A DNA stretch of 62,667 nt from a virus (Duplodnaviria > Caudoviricetes), in the IMG/VR virus record IMGVR_UViG_3300012942_000003, positions 1 through 62,667 of that record; one strand, given 5' to 3'. The position numbers and the translations under genes are program-made. Each line of letters starts with the position of its first letter. Position 1 is the first letter of the stretch. Below are positions 46,284-55,422 of the stretch, one piece after another. The notes under the pieces are model-generated. The model was not told where the DNA came from and ran no database searches. It worked only from the letters and a program-made list of their open reading frames with translations.

Positions 46284-46492
46284 GTTCCGATCCCACCCGA
46301 AGGAAGCAGGCGCAGTCTCGTCGAGACCGTCGCCAGAACCGCGACCCTCTGACCCAGCTTCAGCTTCTCGACCAGCGTCTGGGCGAGGGAGTCGGCGCGG
46401 TCAAGGAGCGAGCTCGACTGGAGGCTCAGCTGGGAGTCTCGGTCGAGCAGATCACCGGCAAGCCCGTCCGCAAGCGCAAGAGGAAGAAGTAG
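46280..46492 (+). CDS. Small basic protein
   Basis: QL.LLD.RLG.G.GA.KERARL pattern; internal promoter TTGACG-N18-TAGCAT at 46189-46218. Confidence 0.7.
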   Translation: MSSDPTRRKQAQSRRDRRQNRDPLTQLQLLDQRLGEGVGAVKERARLEAQLGVSVEQITGKPVRKRKRKK

Positions 46493-46495
46493 ATC

Positions 46496-46675
46496 ATGGC
46501 CGAGATGAGAGACTCCGACGAGGTCGAGCAGCAGTTCGACGAGGCGAACGCCGCATGTGCTGAGGGCAGCAACCGCTACCCGGGCATGACCTACGACCAG
46601 GGGGTCCGCGATGCTCTGGCCTGGGTCCTCGGCGAGTCGGACGATGCTCCCTACGACGACATCGAGGAGCAGTGA
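46496..46675 (+). CDS. Small acidic protein
   Basis: YPGMTYDQGVRDALAWVLG; RBS. Confidence 0.65.
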   Translation: MAEMRDSDEVEQQFDEANAACAEGSNRYPGMTYDQGVRDALAWVLGESDDAPYDDIEEQ

Positions 46676-46884
46676 TGGCTGAGGCGACTGTCCAGGAGGC
46701 CTACGTTCAGCAGCAGAAGAAGGCCTTCGAGAGCCGGCACAAGGGGCTCGACAAGACTGCTCGAGAGCTTCGGGCCGAGAAGGAGCAGCTGAAGATACTC
46801 TGCAACGGCGGCATGATCCACCGATTCCGCAAGGTCAAGATGGCCGGTGTCGGCAAGCGGAGAAGGGATCGCGACGATGCGTGA
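46675..46884 (+). CDS. Small basic protein
   Basis: TGATG coupling. Confidence 0.6.
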   Translation: MAEATVQEAYVQQQKKAFESRHKGLDKTARELRAEKEQLKILCNGGMIHRFRKVKMAGVGKRRRDRDDA

Positions 46885-46956
46885 GATCGAGCTGATGGAG
46901 GAGCTGCCAGGTCTGGGGCCCAACATCCGACAGCCCGCTCGAAGGGTGGACCTCTG

Positions 46957-47385
46957 ATGGCCTCGTGGAGCAAGCTCACCACCCCCTACTGCATGACCGA
47001 GGAGCTCGAGAACGAGCCCCCTACCATCGACCTTCACGACCCCCTGTCCGATTCCACCCAGCACCAGATCTGCCTGCCCGTTCTGGTTCTGACCGAGAGG
47101 GATGCTGAGGTTCTTCGACAGGCCTTCGAGGAAGAGCAGCAGGAGTCGGATGGTTACCTGACCAACGACGGTGCTCGGAAGGTGATCCGACGGCTCATGC
47201 GCTACAAGGGAGTTCTTCAGGACGAGCCCGAGGGCTGGGGCACCGTCATCGTGGATCGGCACGGCAAGAGGTGGATCCGAGCTGGTCGGTCCGACATGCC
47301 CTGGATCACCGAGGGGGATCAGGTCCGGCTTCAGGCCTGGAAGCACCTGGCCCACCCGGTGGAGATCGAGAGGAGTTACAGCTGA
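46957..47385 (+). CDS. Hypothetical protein
   Basis: EP.GWGTVIVD..G..W pattern. Confidence 0.65.
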   Translation: MASWSKLTTPYCMTEELENEPPTIDLHDPLSDSTQHQICLPVLVLTERDAEVLRQAFEEEQQESDGYLTNDGARKVIRRLMRYKGVLQDEPEGWGTVIVDRHGKRWIRAGRSDMPWITEGDQVRLQAWKHLAHPVEIERSYS

Positions 47386-47852
47386 TGAGGCCCTGGGACG
47401 GCATCGAGGAGTACGACTTCCCCGTGGTGACGGTCTGCGGATCCACCCGGTTCAAGGATCAGATCATGGACGTTCGAGCTCGGCTGTCGCTGGCGGGCTT
47501 CGTGGTTCTGGGTTCGGAGGTCTGGGTTCACAGTGACCCCCAGTACCAGGCTCTGCACGACTCCTTCGCCAAGACCGGCCTGGATGTGCTTCACCTCGCC
47601 AAGATCGACCTCTCCGAGTACATCGTAGTAGCCAACTTCGAGGGCTATGTCGGGGAGTCCACCCGCAAGGAGATCCTCCACGCTCGAGAGCGACGCATCC
47701 CGGTGGTGTGGGTCGAGGGCATTCCCGGCTTCGGCGATCGACGCATCCGACTGAACGACTCCCCCGACCCCGACGCCATCGACATCACCCTGGACTACTT
47801 CTTCCAGAAGAAGATCGAGATCGACGTCCAGAGAGCTCACACTCGTGGTTAA
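47385..47852 (+). CDS. Nucleoside 2-deoxyribosyltransferase-like protein
   Basis: TVCGSTRF...H..KID.S..I.V.N..GYVGEST..EI..A. Confidence 0.72.
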   Translation: MRPWDGIEEYDFPVVTVCGSTRFKDQIMDVRARLSLAGFVVLGSEVWVHSDPQYQALHDSFAKTGLDVLHLAKIDLSEYIVVANFEGYVGESTRKEILHARERRIPVVWVEGIPGFGDRRIRLNDSPDPDAIDITLDYFFQKKIEIDVQRAHTRG

Positions 47853-48201
47853 CTTCAAGCACGAGGGGTGCAAGTATCCGAACTGCCCCCGACCCCACAA
47901 GGCCAACGGCTACTGTCATCCTCACAACTTGATGATGTGGCGGCTGAAGACCGAGGAGATTCGTCGTCAGATCGTCAGGGAGACGTTCTTCCTCAACAAG
48001 GCCTGGCTTCAGCGGATCTATCGACCCAAGGGCTCCTACCATCTCTCACGGAAGATCGAGTGGAGAGACGGCACCTTCAGCCTGGTGGCTGCGTGCTGCA
48101 TCAGCTGGAAGCTCGACGTGTTCTCGAGCATCGTTGGAACCGACCCCAGGAAGCAGTGCGGGCGGTGTCTCAAGATTGCCAAGGAGCTCAGCGGTGGCTA
48201 G
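47845..48201 (+). CDS. Cys-rich zinc-binding protein
   Basis: C...C...A.GYC..H and CGRC. Confidence 0.65.
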   Translation: MVNFKHEGCKYPNCPRPHKANGYCHPHNLMMWRLKTEEIRRQIVRETFFLNKAWLQRIYRPKGSYHLSRKIEWRDGTFSLVAACCISWKLDVFSSIVGTDPRKQCGRCLKIAKELSGG

Positions 48202-48589
48202 GCTCTACCTGGACTTCCGAGGCAATCTCCACACCCACGACGGTCATCAGCTTGGCTGGCACTCCGCCTGCGAGGTCGTGGTGTTGCTGAGGCCCTCTCA
48301 GTCGGAGAGCACCGAGCAGCTTGCCCTGGCGATGAGCGAGCTCGTGCGCGAGATGAAACCAGGTCACACCTGGCAGGACTTCGCGCTGAATCTGATGTCA
48401 CGCCTCGCCGACATGGAGGCAATGCCAGCGGTCAACAGAGTCAGCCTCGCCATGATGGTCCTTCGACGCCATGTCAGAACGGCTCGAGGCATGTGCGCCG
48501 GCTGCCACGAGGTGACCTGGTCGTTGACCCACCAGGCGGAAGAAGTAGTCGCGTCGATCTTCAAGGCTTCTCTGAGCGACAAGAACTGA
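48194..48589 (+). CDS. Hypothetical protein
   Basis: Overlaps the upstream stop; H...CAGC...H. Confidence 0.6.
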   Translation: MARLYLDFRGNLHTHDGHQLGWHSACEVVVLLRPSQSESTEQLALAMSELVREMKPGHTWQDFALNLMSRLADMEAMPAVNRVSLAMMVLRRHVRTARGMCAGCHEVTWSLTHQAEEVVASIFKASLSDKN

Positions 48590-48776
48590 TCGGCGGCATG
48601 ATGATCGGCGCGACCGATGCCAGAATCTCTGATCGCTTCCTAAAGCGCTTCCCGAGCAGCATCTGGCATGCTCGATGAGCCTGCGATGCGTCGATCGACG
48701 GGTTTCCAGCTAACGTTTGACTTTCGGTCGGGGACTCTCCCAGGATCGCCGGTGAACCGGCGAGGAGGACAGTCTC

Positions 48777-49217
48777 ATGGCGTTGCCAGCCACGTACGAC
48801 CTGACGGGAGCCAGGGCCATCTACTGCGGAGACACGTATCAGATGAACCTGACGCTCCGCAGCCAGGTCAGCAACCCCGATGATCCGACCGGCCCCCTGA
48901 TCCCCGGTGACCCTCTCGATCTCACCGGCTGTGAGGTGCTGGCACAGGTTCGCCCCGGTCGTCGAGGCACGGGTGACACTCCAGCCATCGCCTTCGACGT
49001 CGTCAACGCCGACTCGCTCGACGACACGGGCGTCATCAACCTCGTGATGCCCCCTTCAAAGACCACGACTCTCGCCGTCGACAACCCGAAGCTGATCGGG
49101 GTGTGGGATCTCCAGATCACCTGGCCGTCACCCGATGACGACGTCGATGGTGAGCCGCTGGTCAGAACTTACCTGGCGGGCAACGTCGCCATGGTGAAGG
49201 ATGTGAGCTACGAATGA
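48777..49217 (+). CDS. Virion accessory protein (BppU-like N-terminal domain)
   Basis: GDT...DLTG....AQVR...WDLQ...TYLAG.V; GAGGAGG RBS; promoter TTGACT-N18-CAGGAT at 48717-48746. Confidence 0.72.
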   Translation: MALPATYDLTGARAIYCGDTYQMNLTLRSQVSNPDDPTGPLIPGDPLDLTGCEVLAQVRPGRRGTGDTPAIAFDVVNADSLDDTGVINLVMPPSKTTTLAVDNPKLIGVWDLQITWPSPDDDVDGEPLVRTYLAGNVAMVKDVSYE

Positions 49218-50692
49218 CCGACGGAGTGATCGAAGTCGAGATTCTGGAGCCCACACCAGAGGCCATCGTCATCGAGGTCGATGTTCCGGGGGTTCGGGGT
49301 CCCATCGGCCCTCGTGCCGAGTTCGAGGCTGACGCAGAGTCTGTCGAGTTCGACGACGGGGCTGATGCTCAGATCACTGAGGGCGACGGTTCCTCCGAGA
49401 CTCCTTACCACCTTCACCTGAAGATCCCGCAGCCCGATCCCACTCTGATCGAGAGCTTGACCACTCAGGCGGGCAGCGCCGCGACCTCGGCCTATGACTG
49501 GTCTCAGGATTCACTCGCCGCTGCCACCTCGGCTCACTCGTGGTCAGTTCTGTCGCAGGCAGCCTCGACCTCCGCCCTGAGCTACATGAACGATGCCCAG
49601 GACGCTGCTGGAGATGCTGAGGAGGCTCTCGGCGAGATCCAGGCCTGGGATCTTGAGATCGGCACCGTGACCACTGGTTCTCCGGGGGGAGAGGCGAATG
49701 CCAGCGTCGGGGGTACTTACCCCAGCAAGGTGCTGAACCTCACCATCCCCCAGGGCCCCACGGGTCCCACTGGAGCCACGGGCGCAACTGGCCCCTCTGG
49801 CACGCCAGGCGCTTCGGTGTGGGCGACCCAGACTCAGTTCAACATGACTCCCGGATCCTCCACCTCGGGCGTCGACACCGATGACATCGTCGGCAAGACT
49901 GTTCAGGTGGGCGATCTGGTGGTGTCTCACCACGAGGATTCCATCGGAGGTTTCGGTCAGATCACCTCCATCGAGGGGGATGACAGTGTCACCATCACCC
50001 TGTTGGGAGTTCTGGATGGCAGCGTGGTCATTGGGGGAGCTTGGGGCTCCATCTCCGGACTGATCGCTGACCAGACCGATCTGGTTGACTACATCGCTGA
50101 CCAGATCGCGACTGAGACCTCTCGAGCGGAGACCGCCGAGGGAGGCAAGCAGCCCATCGACTCGGATCTGACGGCCATCGCTGGCTTGGCCGCCGGCGAC
50201 GACGACATGATCCAGCGGAAGGCGGGAGCTTGGGTCAATCGAACCCCCTCCCAGGTCAAGACTGACCTCAACCTGGTCAAGGCTGATGTCGGACTGGGCA
50301 ACGTCGACAACACCAGCGACACCAACAAGCCTGTCTCCACCGACCAGCAGACGGCGTTGGACGCCAAGCTCAACAAGAGTGGCACCAAGACCGTGACGGG
50401 TCAGACCACTTTCCAGGACAAGGTCATCCTCGGTGACGGCAATCAGGATGTGGTCCGGGTTCAGGCGGTCACCTTCGACGTCGACACTCGATCCATCACT
50501 CTGGCCTACACCAGTGGGAAGCTCACCTCGGTCACGGTGAAGGATGGTGCCACCACCGTCAAGAGTGCCACTCTCAGTTACACGGGGAGTACCTTGAACT
50601 CGGTCGCCATCACCGCTGACGGCAACACTCTCACCTCCACTCTGGCTTACACCGGCTCCAATCTCACGGGAATCACGAGGGCTCTGACATGA
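49214..50692 (+). CDS. Fibre protein with short collagen-like repeat
   Basis: LNLTIPQGPTGPTGATGATGPSG; DVGLGNVDNTSD..KPVS. Confidence 0.8.
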   Translation: MTDGVIEVEILEPTPEAIVIEVDVPGVRGPIGPRAEFEADAESVEFDDGADAQITEGDGSSETPYHLHLKIPQPDPTLIESLTTQAGSAATSAYDWSQDSLAAATSAHSWSVLSQAASTSALSYMNDAQDAAGDAEEALGEIQAWDLEIGTVTTGSPGGEANASVGGTYPSKVLNLTIPQGPTGPTGATGATGPSGTPGASVWATQTQFNMTPGSSTSGVDTDDIVGKTVQVGDLVVSHHEDSIGGFGQITSIEGDDSVTITLLGVLDGSVVIGGAWGSISGLIADQTDLVDYIADQIATETSRAETAEGGKQPIDSDLTAIAGLAAGDDDMIQRKAGAWVNRTPSQVKTDLNLVKADVGLGNVDNTSDTNKPVSTDQQTALDAKLNKSGTKTVTGQTTFQDKVILGDGNQDVVRVQAVTFDVDTRSITLAYTSGKLTSVTVKDGATTVKSATLSYTGSTLNSVAITADGNTLTSTLAYTGSNLTGITRALT

Positions 50693-52527
50693 GCGAAGAC
50701 ATCGACATCGCAGCTCTGGCGGAGATTCTGCTTGCTCGAGCAGACATCGCCTCCCTGGCGTCGTCCGTCACTGGTCCCCGTCGGTATGGCCCGGCTCCCA
50801 GATTGGGGCTGGTGAGTCTGGTGACGGGAAAGAAGGATCTTCCCTTCGTAGATGATCTTTACCGGGATCTTTGGACTTGTCCTGCTGGAGTGAGTGTTGT
50901 TGATGTTCTCGCCATCGGGCCTGGAGGTTCGGGAATCGCGGGTGCGGGAGGGGGTTCTGGTGATGTGTATGCTCTTAGAGACTTCTCCGTCACTCCCGGT
51001 CACGTCTATGCGGTTGGAGTGGGACCTCGTCAAGTTCCCTACACCCCCGCATCCGTTGGAACTAACGCCTACTTGAACTACCCAGCCACCGACCTTGGGG
51101 GGGGTCATGTGGTGGTCTGTACTTACCTGACCAGCGCGGTGAGTATGGTTTGGTACTCCGATGACTACGGGGCATCATGGTCTGCTTCCAATCTCTCAAC
51201 CCAGCAAAACAATGTTCACTCTTTCAAGCCCACCAACATGGGGGGCGGTCATGTGGTCATTCCGGGGTATTACTCCGACGACTATGGTCACACTTGGACC
51301 GCTATGACGGGGTCGAGTACTGACACTGCTGGTTACTATGTGATCTGCAATCTTGGCTCAGGCCATGCGGTCGGCATGAGCAGCAACGGCGTCATCAACT
51401 ATTCCGATGACTACGGTCACACCTGGACAGCTGGAACTGATGTGGGTTCCCCCCTTGGCTCCATTCGAGGGGGTTTCTTGAATCTTGGTGGGGGTCATGC
51501 TCTGACTCTAAACTCCGTTCCGACTATGTGGTATTCCGATGACTACGGTCACACTTGGACCACCACTGGAGTGACTCTGGCCATGGGGACGAACCACGAA
51601 GACAACAGCGATGTTCGTACTCACTGGGTCAATCACGGTTCTGGCCATGTCATGGTCTACGACGCTAACGGCACTCGCTATTCCTCTGACTATGGTCACA
51701 CCTGGGGAGTTGGACTGGACTTCGGGACCATCTCGAGTGAGCAGTCGGGTTTCACGATGGGTCAACCAAGCACCGCGTGCTGTGTAGACAACAACGGCGT
51801 GATTCAGTACACCAACGACTATGGTCAGACTTGGTACACCAACGGATCGTCTCTTGATCTGTACAACGGCACTAACCCCGGCGAGTGGATGAAGCCGTGC
51901 TACCTGGATGGATCCACCATGGTGGTCATCGACTACCTTGGAAACGTCTATCGCTCCGAAGACAACGGTTACACCTGGGCAGCCACCGGAGCCTCAGTGG
52001 CTGGAGACCTGAGCAATCCCGGCTCCTTTTACCCGGGTCAACGACTTACCTACTTGGGGAACAATGTTCTCGTGATCTGTGTTGGTGGCTCCAACTCCAT
52101 CTGGGTTTCTACCGACCGAGGTACTCACTTCTACAAGCAGAACAGTCTGGCAGGTCTGCCGACTCAACCCCCCCTCGTGCTCTCCAACGGGAACTTCCTT
52201 TACTCGGGAGTATCAAATGTCTTGGCTCTGGGGATTGCTCCAAGCACCTGTGACTTCTCCCTTCTTGGTTATGTTGGGACTCGTATAACGGGGGGCAGTG
52301 CCAGCGGCACGACCACCTCCATCATCCCCGGCATCGGGGCTCTTCTGGGGGGAGGAGACGGGGGTCTGGCTCTGACCGGCACGGATCGAGCGGTCTGTGC
52401 TCCCGAGTTCTCGAAGTATGGAGTCACTCGAGGAGGATCGGGTCTCAACAAAGAAGCCGCCATGATCGGGGAGGGGGGCTCGGGAACGGGAACCCCCGGT
52501 CCCCCCGGAGCGCTGATCTACTACTAG
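50689..52527 (+). CDS. Asp-box (BNR) beta-propeller receptor-binding or glycosidase-like protein
   Basis: Eight Asp-box-like repeats (YSDDYGHTW type) inside a Gly-rich domain. Confidence 0.78.
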   Translation: MSEDIDIAALAEILLARADIASLASSVTGPRRYGPAPRLGLVSLVTGKKDLPFVDDLYRDLWTCPAGVSVVDVLAIGPGGSGIAGAGGGSGDVYALRDFSVTPGHVYAVGVGPRQVPYTPASVGTNAYLNYPATDLGGGHVVVCTYLTSAVSMVWYSDDYGASWSASNLSTQQNNVHSFKPTNMGGGHVVIPGYYSDDYGHTWTAMTGSSTDTAGYYVICNLGSGHAVGMSSNGVINYSDDYGHTWTAGTDVGSPLGSIRGGFLNLGGGHALTLNSVPTMWYSDDYGHTWTTTGVTLAMGTNHEDNSDVRTHWVNHGSGHVMVYDANGTRYSSDYGHTWGVGLDFGTISSEQSGFTMGQPSTACCVDNNGVIQYTNDYGQTWYTNGSSLDLYNGTNPGEWMKPCYLDGSTMVVIDYLGNVYRSEDNGYTWAATGASVAGDLSNPGSFYPGQRLTYLGNNVLVICVGGSNSIWVSTDRGTHFYKQNSLAGLPTQPPLVLSNGNFLYSGVSNVLALGIAPSTCDFSLLGYVGTRITGGSASGTTTSIIPGIGALLGGGDGGLALTGTDRAVCAPEFSKYGVTRGGSGLNKEAAMIGEGGSGTGTPGPPGALIYY

Positions 52528-52568
52528 TTTCCAGCTGACCCTCGACTTGAACCGGTGCTGAGGAAAGA

Positions 52569-52871
52569 ATGACCCACATGGCCAACCCGATGATCTACAC
52601 GGGTCTCACGATGATCCTCGCCGGAGCTCTGCTCTGGTGTGGAGATCAGATGAGGAATCTCACCCAGGCCCTTCGGGAGAACTCATCCTCAGTTCGTGAG
52701 CTTCGACTCGAGGCTAGGACTCGGATTTCGACCGCGAAGGTCTCCGACAAGCCGAAGTCGGAGGTTCAGATCCTCACCCACCTGGGCCGTCGCTCTCGGC
52801 GACAGCGAGTGGTGGTGGGGGGCAACCCCGAGGCTGCTCTCACCAAGAAGCTGAGGGGAGCTCAGGAATGA
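52569..52871 (+). CDS. Membrane protein
   Basis: N-terminal TM segment; RBS. Confidence 0.65.
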   Translation: MTHMANPMIYTGLTMILAGALLWCGDQMRNLTQALRENSSSVRELRLEARTRISTAKVSDKPKSEVQILTHLGRRSRRQRVVVGGNPEAALTKKLRGAQE

Positions 52872-53719
52872 CCGAGCTGATCGAGCGAGACATCCTTAAC
52901 CTTCCCCACGACAAGGACTGGAACTTTCTTCAGTGGGAGGGTACCCCCCAGGCGGTGGACTTCACTCACGTCAAGCCGATCTCCACACCGCCCAGCGGCA
53001 ACGTGCAGGGTCCCGCCACTTACGTGAGCAAGACTGGTGAGATCGACTATCGCCCTCACACCGCCGACGGCAAGCTTCTGACGAAGAAGCAGATCCGCAT
53101 GAGGGCCAAGCGACGCATGGCTCGTGCGAAGGCCGGCAGGCTTCCGGGGGGCAAGCTTCTCACCGAGGAGGAGTTCAACGCGATCTTCAAGCCCATCGAG
53201 GAGTGGGACCTTGAGGAGTTGGCTCATGGTCGTCCTCGAAACAAGGCCGGAGACTTCAGGGGGCCCAAGCCCAAGTGGATCAACCGAGAGATCCACGAGA
53301 AGTCGGTGGAGCTCTTCACCACCGCGGTCAAGACTCAGTTGGGAGCCAAGGGCATCGCTGCTCTGGAGGCCATCAGCGACATCCTGAGCAGCACTGACAC
53401 CGATCGTCACGGCAAGCCGATCGTGCCGGCATCCACCAAGCTCGACGCGTCCAAGTTCCTGATCGAGCACATCGTGGGCAAGCCGAAGCAGCACATCGAG
53501 ACCGACATCTCCGTTCGTCTCCAGGCCATCCTGGGGGCGGTCATGGTCAACCCGACCGACGCCCTCAGCTCCTCGCCCGGCAATCCGGTGGGCCCCTATA
53601 GCATGGATCACTACCCCGGAGTCACGGTTCCCATCGGCAGCAGGGATCCAGACATCGTCGACGGCGAAGTGGTCGATGACGAGGATCTGGATGACTACAT
53701 CGAGGATGATCTCCGATGA
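52868..53719 (+). CDS. Putative terminase small subunit
   Basis: Upstream of the large terminase; WDLEEL.HGRPR...G.F.G..P.W; helical C-terminus. Confidence 0.55.
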   Translation: MTELIERDILNLPHDKDWNFLQWEGTPQAVDFTHVKPISTPPSGNVQGPATYVSKTGEIDYRPHTADGKLLTKKQIRMRAKRRMARAKAGRLPGGKLLTEEEFNAIFKPIEEWDLEELAHGRPRNKAGDFRGPKPKWINREIHEKSVELFTTAVKTQLGAKGIAALEAISDILSSTDTDRHGKPIVPASTKLDASKFLIEHIVGKPKQHIETDISVRLQAILGAVMVNPTDALSSSPGNPVGPYSMDHYPGVTVPIGSRDPDIVDGEVVDDEDLDDYIEDDLR

Positions 53720-53994
53720 CCGACGAAGTCAAGATGTGTCTCGCCTGCGGCAAGACTCGGGCGGAGCATCAGCCCAGTCTCACAAACCACCCCTTCAGCG
53801 ACGATGGTCGGCTTAGGACCTGGGACAACGCTCTTCGAGAGCTTCCTCCCCAGCTTCTCCAGGGCCCCACGACCAACGAGGCTCTCTGTCTCGCTCGCCT
53901 GGTCGAGGTGCTTCTCACCAAGAAGGTCATCTCTCGAGACGAGGCCATCTACATCACCGTCGGAGTCATGCCCGAGATGGCCGAAGACCAATGA
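53716..53994 (+). CDS. Small zinc-binding protein
   Basis: CLACG...EH.....HPF. Confidence 0.65.
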   Translation: MTDEVKMCLACGKTRAEHQPSLTNHPFSDDGRLRTWDNALRELPPQLLQGPTTNEALCLARLVEVLLTKKVISRDEAIYITVGVMPEMAEDQ

Positions 53995-54371
53995 CCCAGA
54001 TTCTGACCCCATGCGAGGTCACCGAGGAGCTGGTGGCTGAGGTAGTTCGCATCGGAGAGCTGAGGCTGCCCATCGAGGCCTGCGGAGTCATTCTGCCGTT
54101 CAAGTTCCGGGGTCGTCAAGTCATCGAGCTTCCTAACCGAAGCAAGACCCCCGAGACCGCCTTCGAGTTCCGAGCCTCAGATCTGTCCATCTCTCTCGAG
54201 AAGTGGGTGGACACCTATCCCAGCTATGCGTCGCTGGAGAAGATCACTATCTGGCACACTCATCCCAGTGGTCATGTGGGACCGGGTCAGTTCGATCTCG
54301 AGCACAGAGTGACTGGCTGCGGGAACTTGGTCGTGAGCATGGGCGAGAAACCTTGCGCCACCTGGTACTAA
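53991..54371 (+). CDS. JAB/MPN+ (JAMM) metallopeptidase
   Basis: EACG...WHTHPSG..GP...D. Confidence 0.85.
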   Translation: MTQILTPCEVTEELVAEVVRIGELRLPIEACGVILPFKFRGRQVIELPNRSKTPETAFEFRASDLSISLEKWVDTYPSYASLEKITIWHTHPSGHVGPGQFDLEHRVTGCGNLVVSMGEKPCATWY

Positions 54372-54712
54372 CTTAACAGAGTTTTCGAGGGGAGTGGTGA
54401 CCCCTCGGCATCGTCCCCTTCTTGCTGGGGTCGAGAGGGTGAACTGACGCAGCACCTGACTCCCCCGGCAGTCCCCGAGTAGAGGCGGGTGATCGGGATG
54501 ATGCGGGGCGAGAGTTTTCTCGGCCATGGGAGGCTCTCGCCCCACCGACTTGCTCGATCAATCGAGCGAGGGCACTATCCCAGAGCGATTCGGGAAGCGA
54601 TTGGGAAGCAGAAGAAAGGCTCAGGGGCCCGATGATGCGCGCATGATCCGCCAGAATGCTGGAAGCGCTTCCTCGGGCTTCGCTCGGAAACTGGATGAGA
54701 ATGGAGAACATG

Positions 54713-54910
54713 ATGAACCGTGACTCGGAATGGAAGGGCGACGCCAACAACAGCGTCACCGAGCTGGGGCCGGGTCGTCGCAAGCTCAGTGCCTCCGAGA
54801 AGCTCCGCCTCGGCAGACTCACCGGTCAGCAGGACAACCCCAACGCCAAGCCGAAGCCGGGGTTCTTCAACGGAGTCGATCCTGACTACCCCTGGATCGA
54901 GGACAAGTGA
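54713..54910 (+). CDS. Small hypothetical protein
   Basis: GGAG RBS; GTGA coupling. Confidence 0.55.
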   Translation: MNRDSEWKGDANNSVTELGPGRRKLSASEKLRLGRLTGQQDNPNAKPKPGFFNGVDPDYPWIEDK

Positions 54911-55422
54911 CCCTCGTCAAGGTTTCGGAGACTTACCGGGAGGGAGCCTGGCATCACACCGATGCCTGGGTCTGGTGTCCTGGGTGTCTTCAGATGCACC
55001 CCTTCTGCATCAAGGCGGTGGATGGGGCGATCCGGGGCGATGGTAGGCCCTGGCCGGTGTGGAGTTGGAATCACGACTACCAGAAGCCTAGCTTCGAGCC
55101 CAGCCTCCTCTGTAATCACTCGTACCACATCTGCCAGGATCGTCACTTCTGGACAGAGTGTCCTCCCGACTGCCCTGAGCTGGGTCATGCAGTGCTCTGG
55201 GCCTCGAACGGGGAGCTTCGCCCCAAGATCGCCGGCGAGGAAGTTCCTGAGGACGCCATCGAGACCACGGGTCACTCCTCTCCACACCCGCTGAGTGAGC
55301 CCTGGGGTGACTGTCACAGCTTCCTTCGCAACGGAGTCTGGCAGTTCCTGCCCGACAGCGCTCATCCTCTCTCCGGCCAGAACGTGTCCATGGAGCCCAT
55401 CCCGGATTGGTGGCTGGGCTGA
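54907..55422 (+). CDS. DUF6527-like Cys/His protein
   Basis: WCPGC..MH, WSWN..., PSFEPSL and CHSF.RNG.WQFL.D..H.L.GQ. Confidence 0.7.
   Translation: MTLVKVSETYREGAWHHTDAWVWCPGCLQMHPFCIKAVDGAIRGDGRPWPVWSWNHDYQKPSFEPSLLCNHSYHICQDRHFWTECPPDCPELGHAVLWASNGELRPKIAGEEVPEDAIETTGHSSPHPLSEPWGDCHSFLRNGVWQFLPDSAHPLSGQNVSMEPIPDWWLG

Noticed and set aside
51150-51840. TACTCCGATGACTACGG-type DNA repeats as a diversity-generating retroelement
   Set aside because: Explained by Asp-box protein repeats; no reverse transcriptase or template/variable repeat pair was seen
54385-54510. tRNA gene
   Set aside because: No T-loop GTTCRA with cloverleaf spacing could be fitted; kept only as a generic structured element
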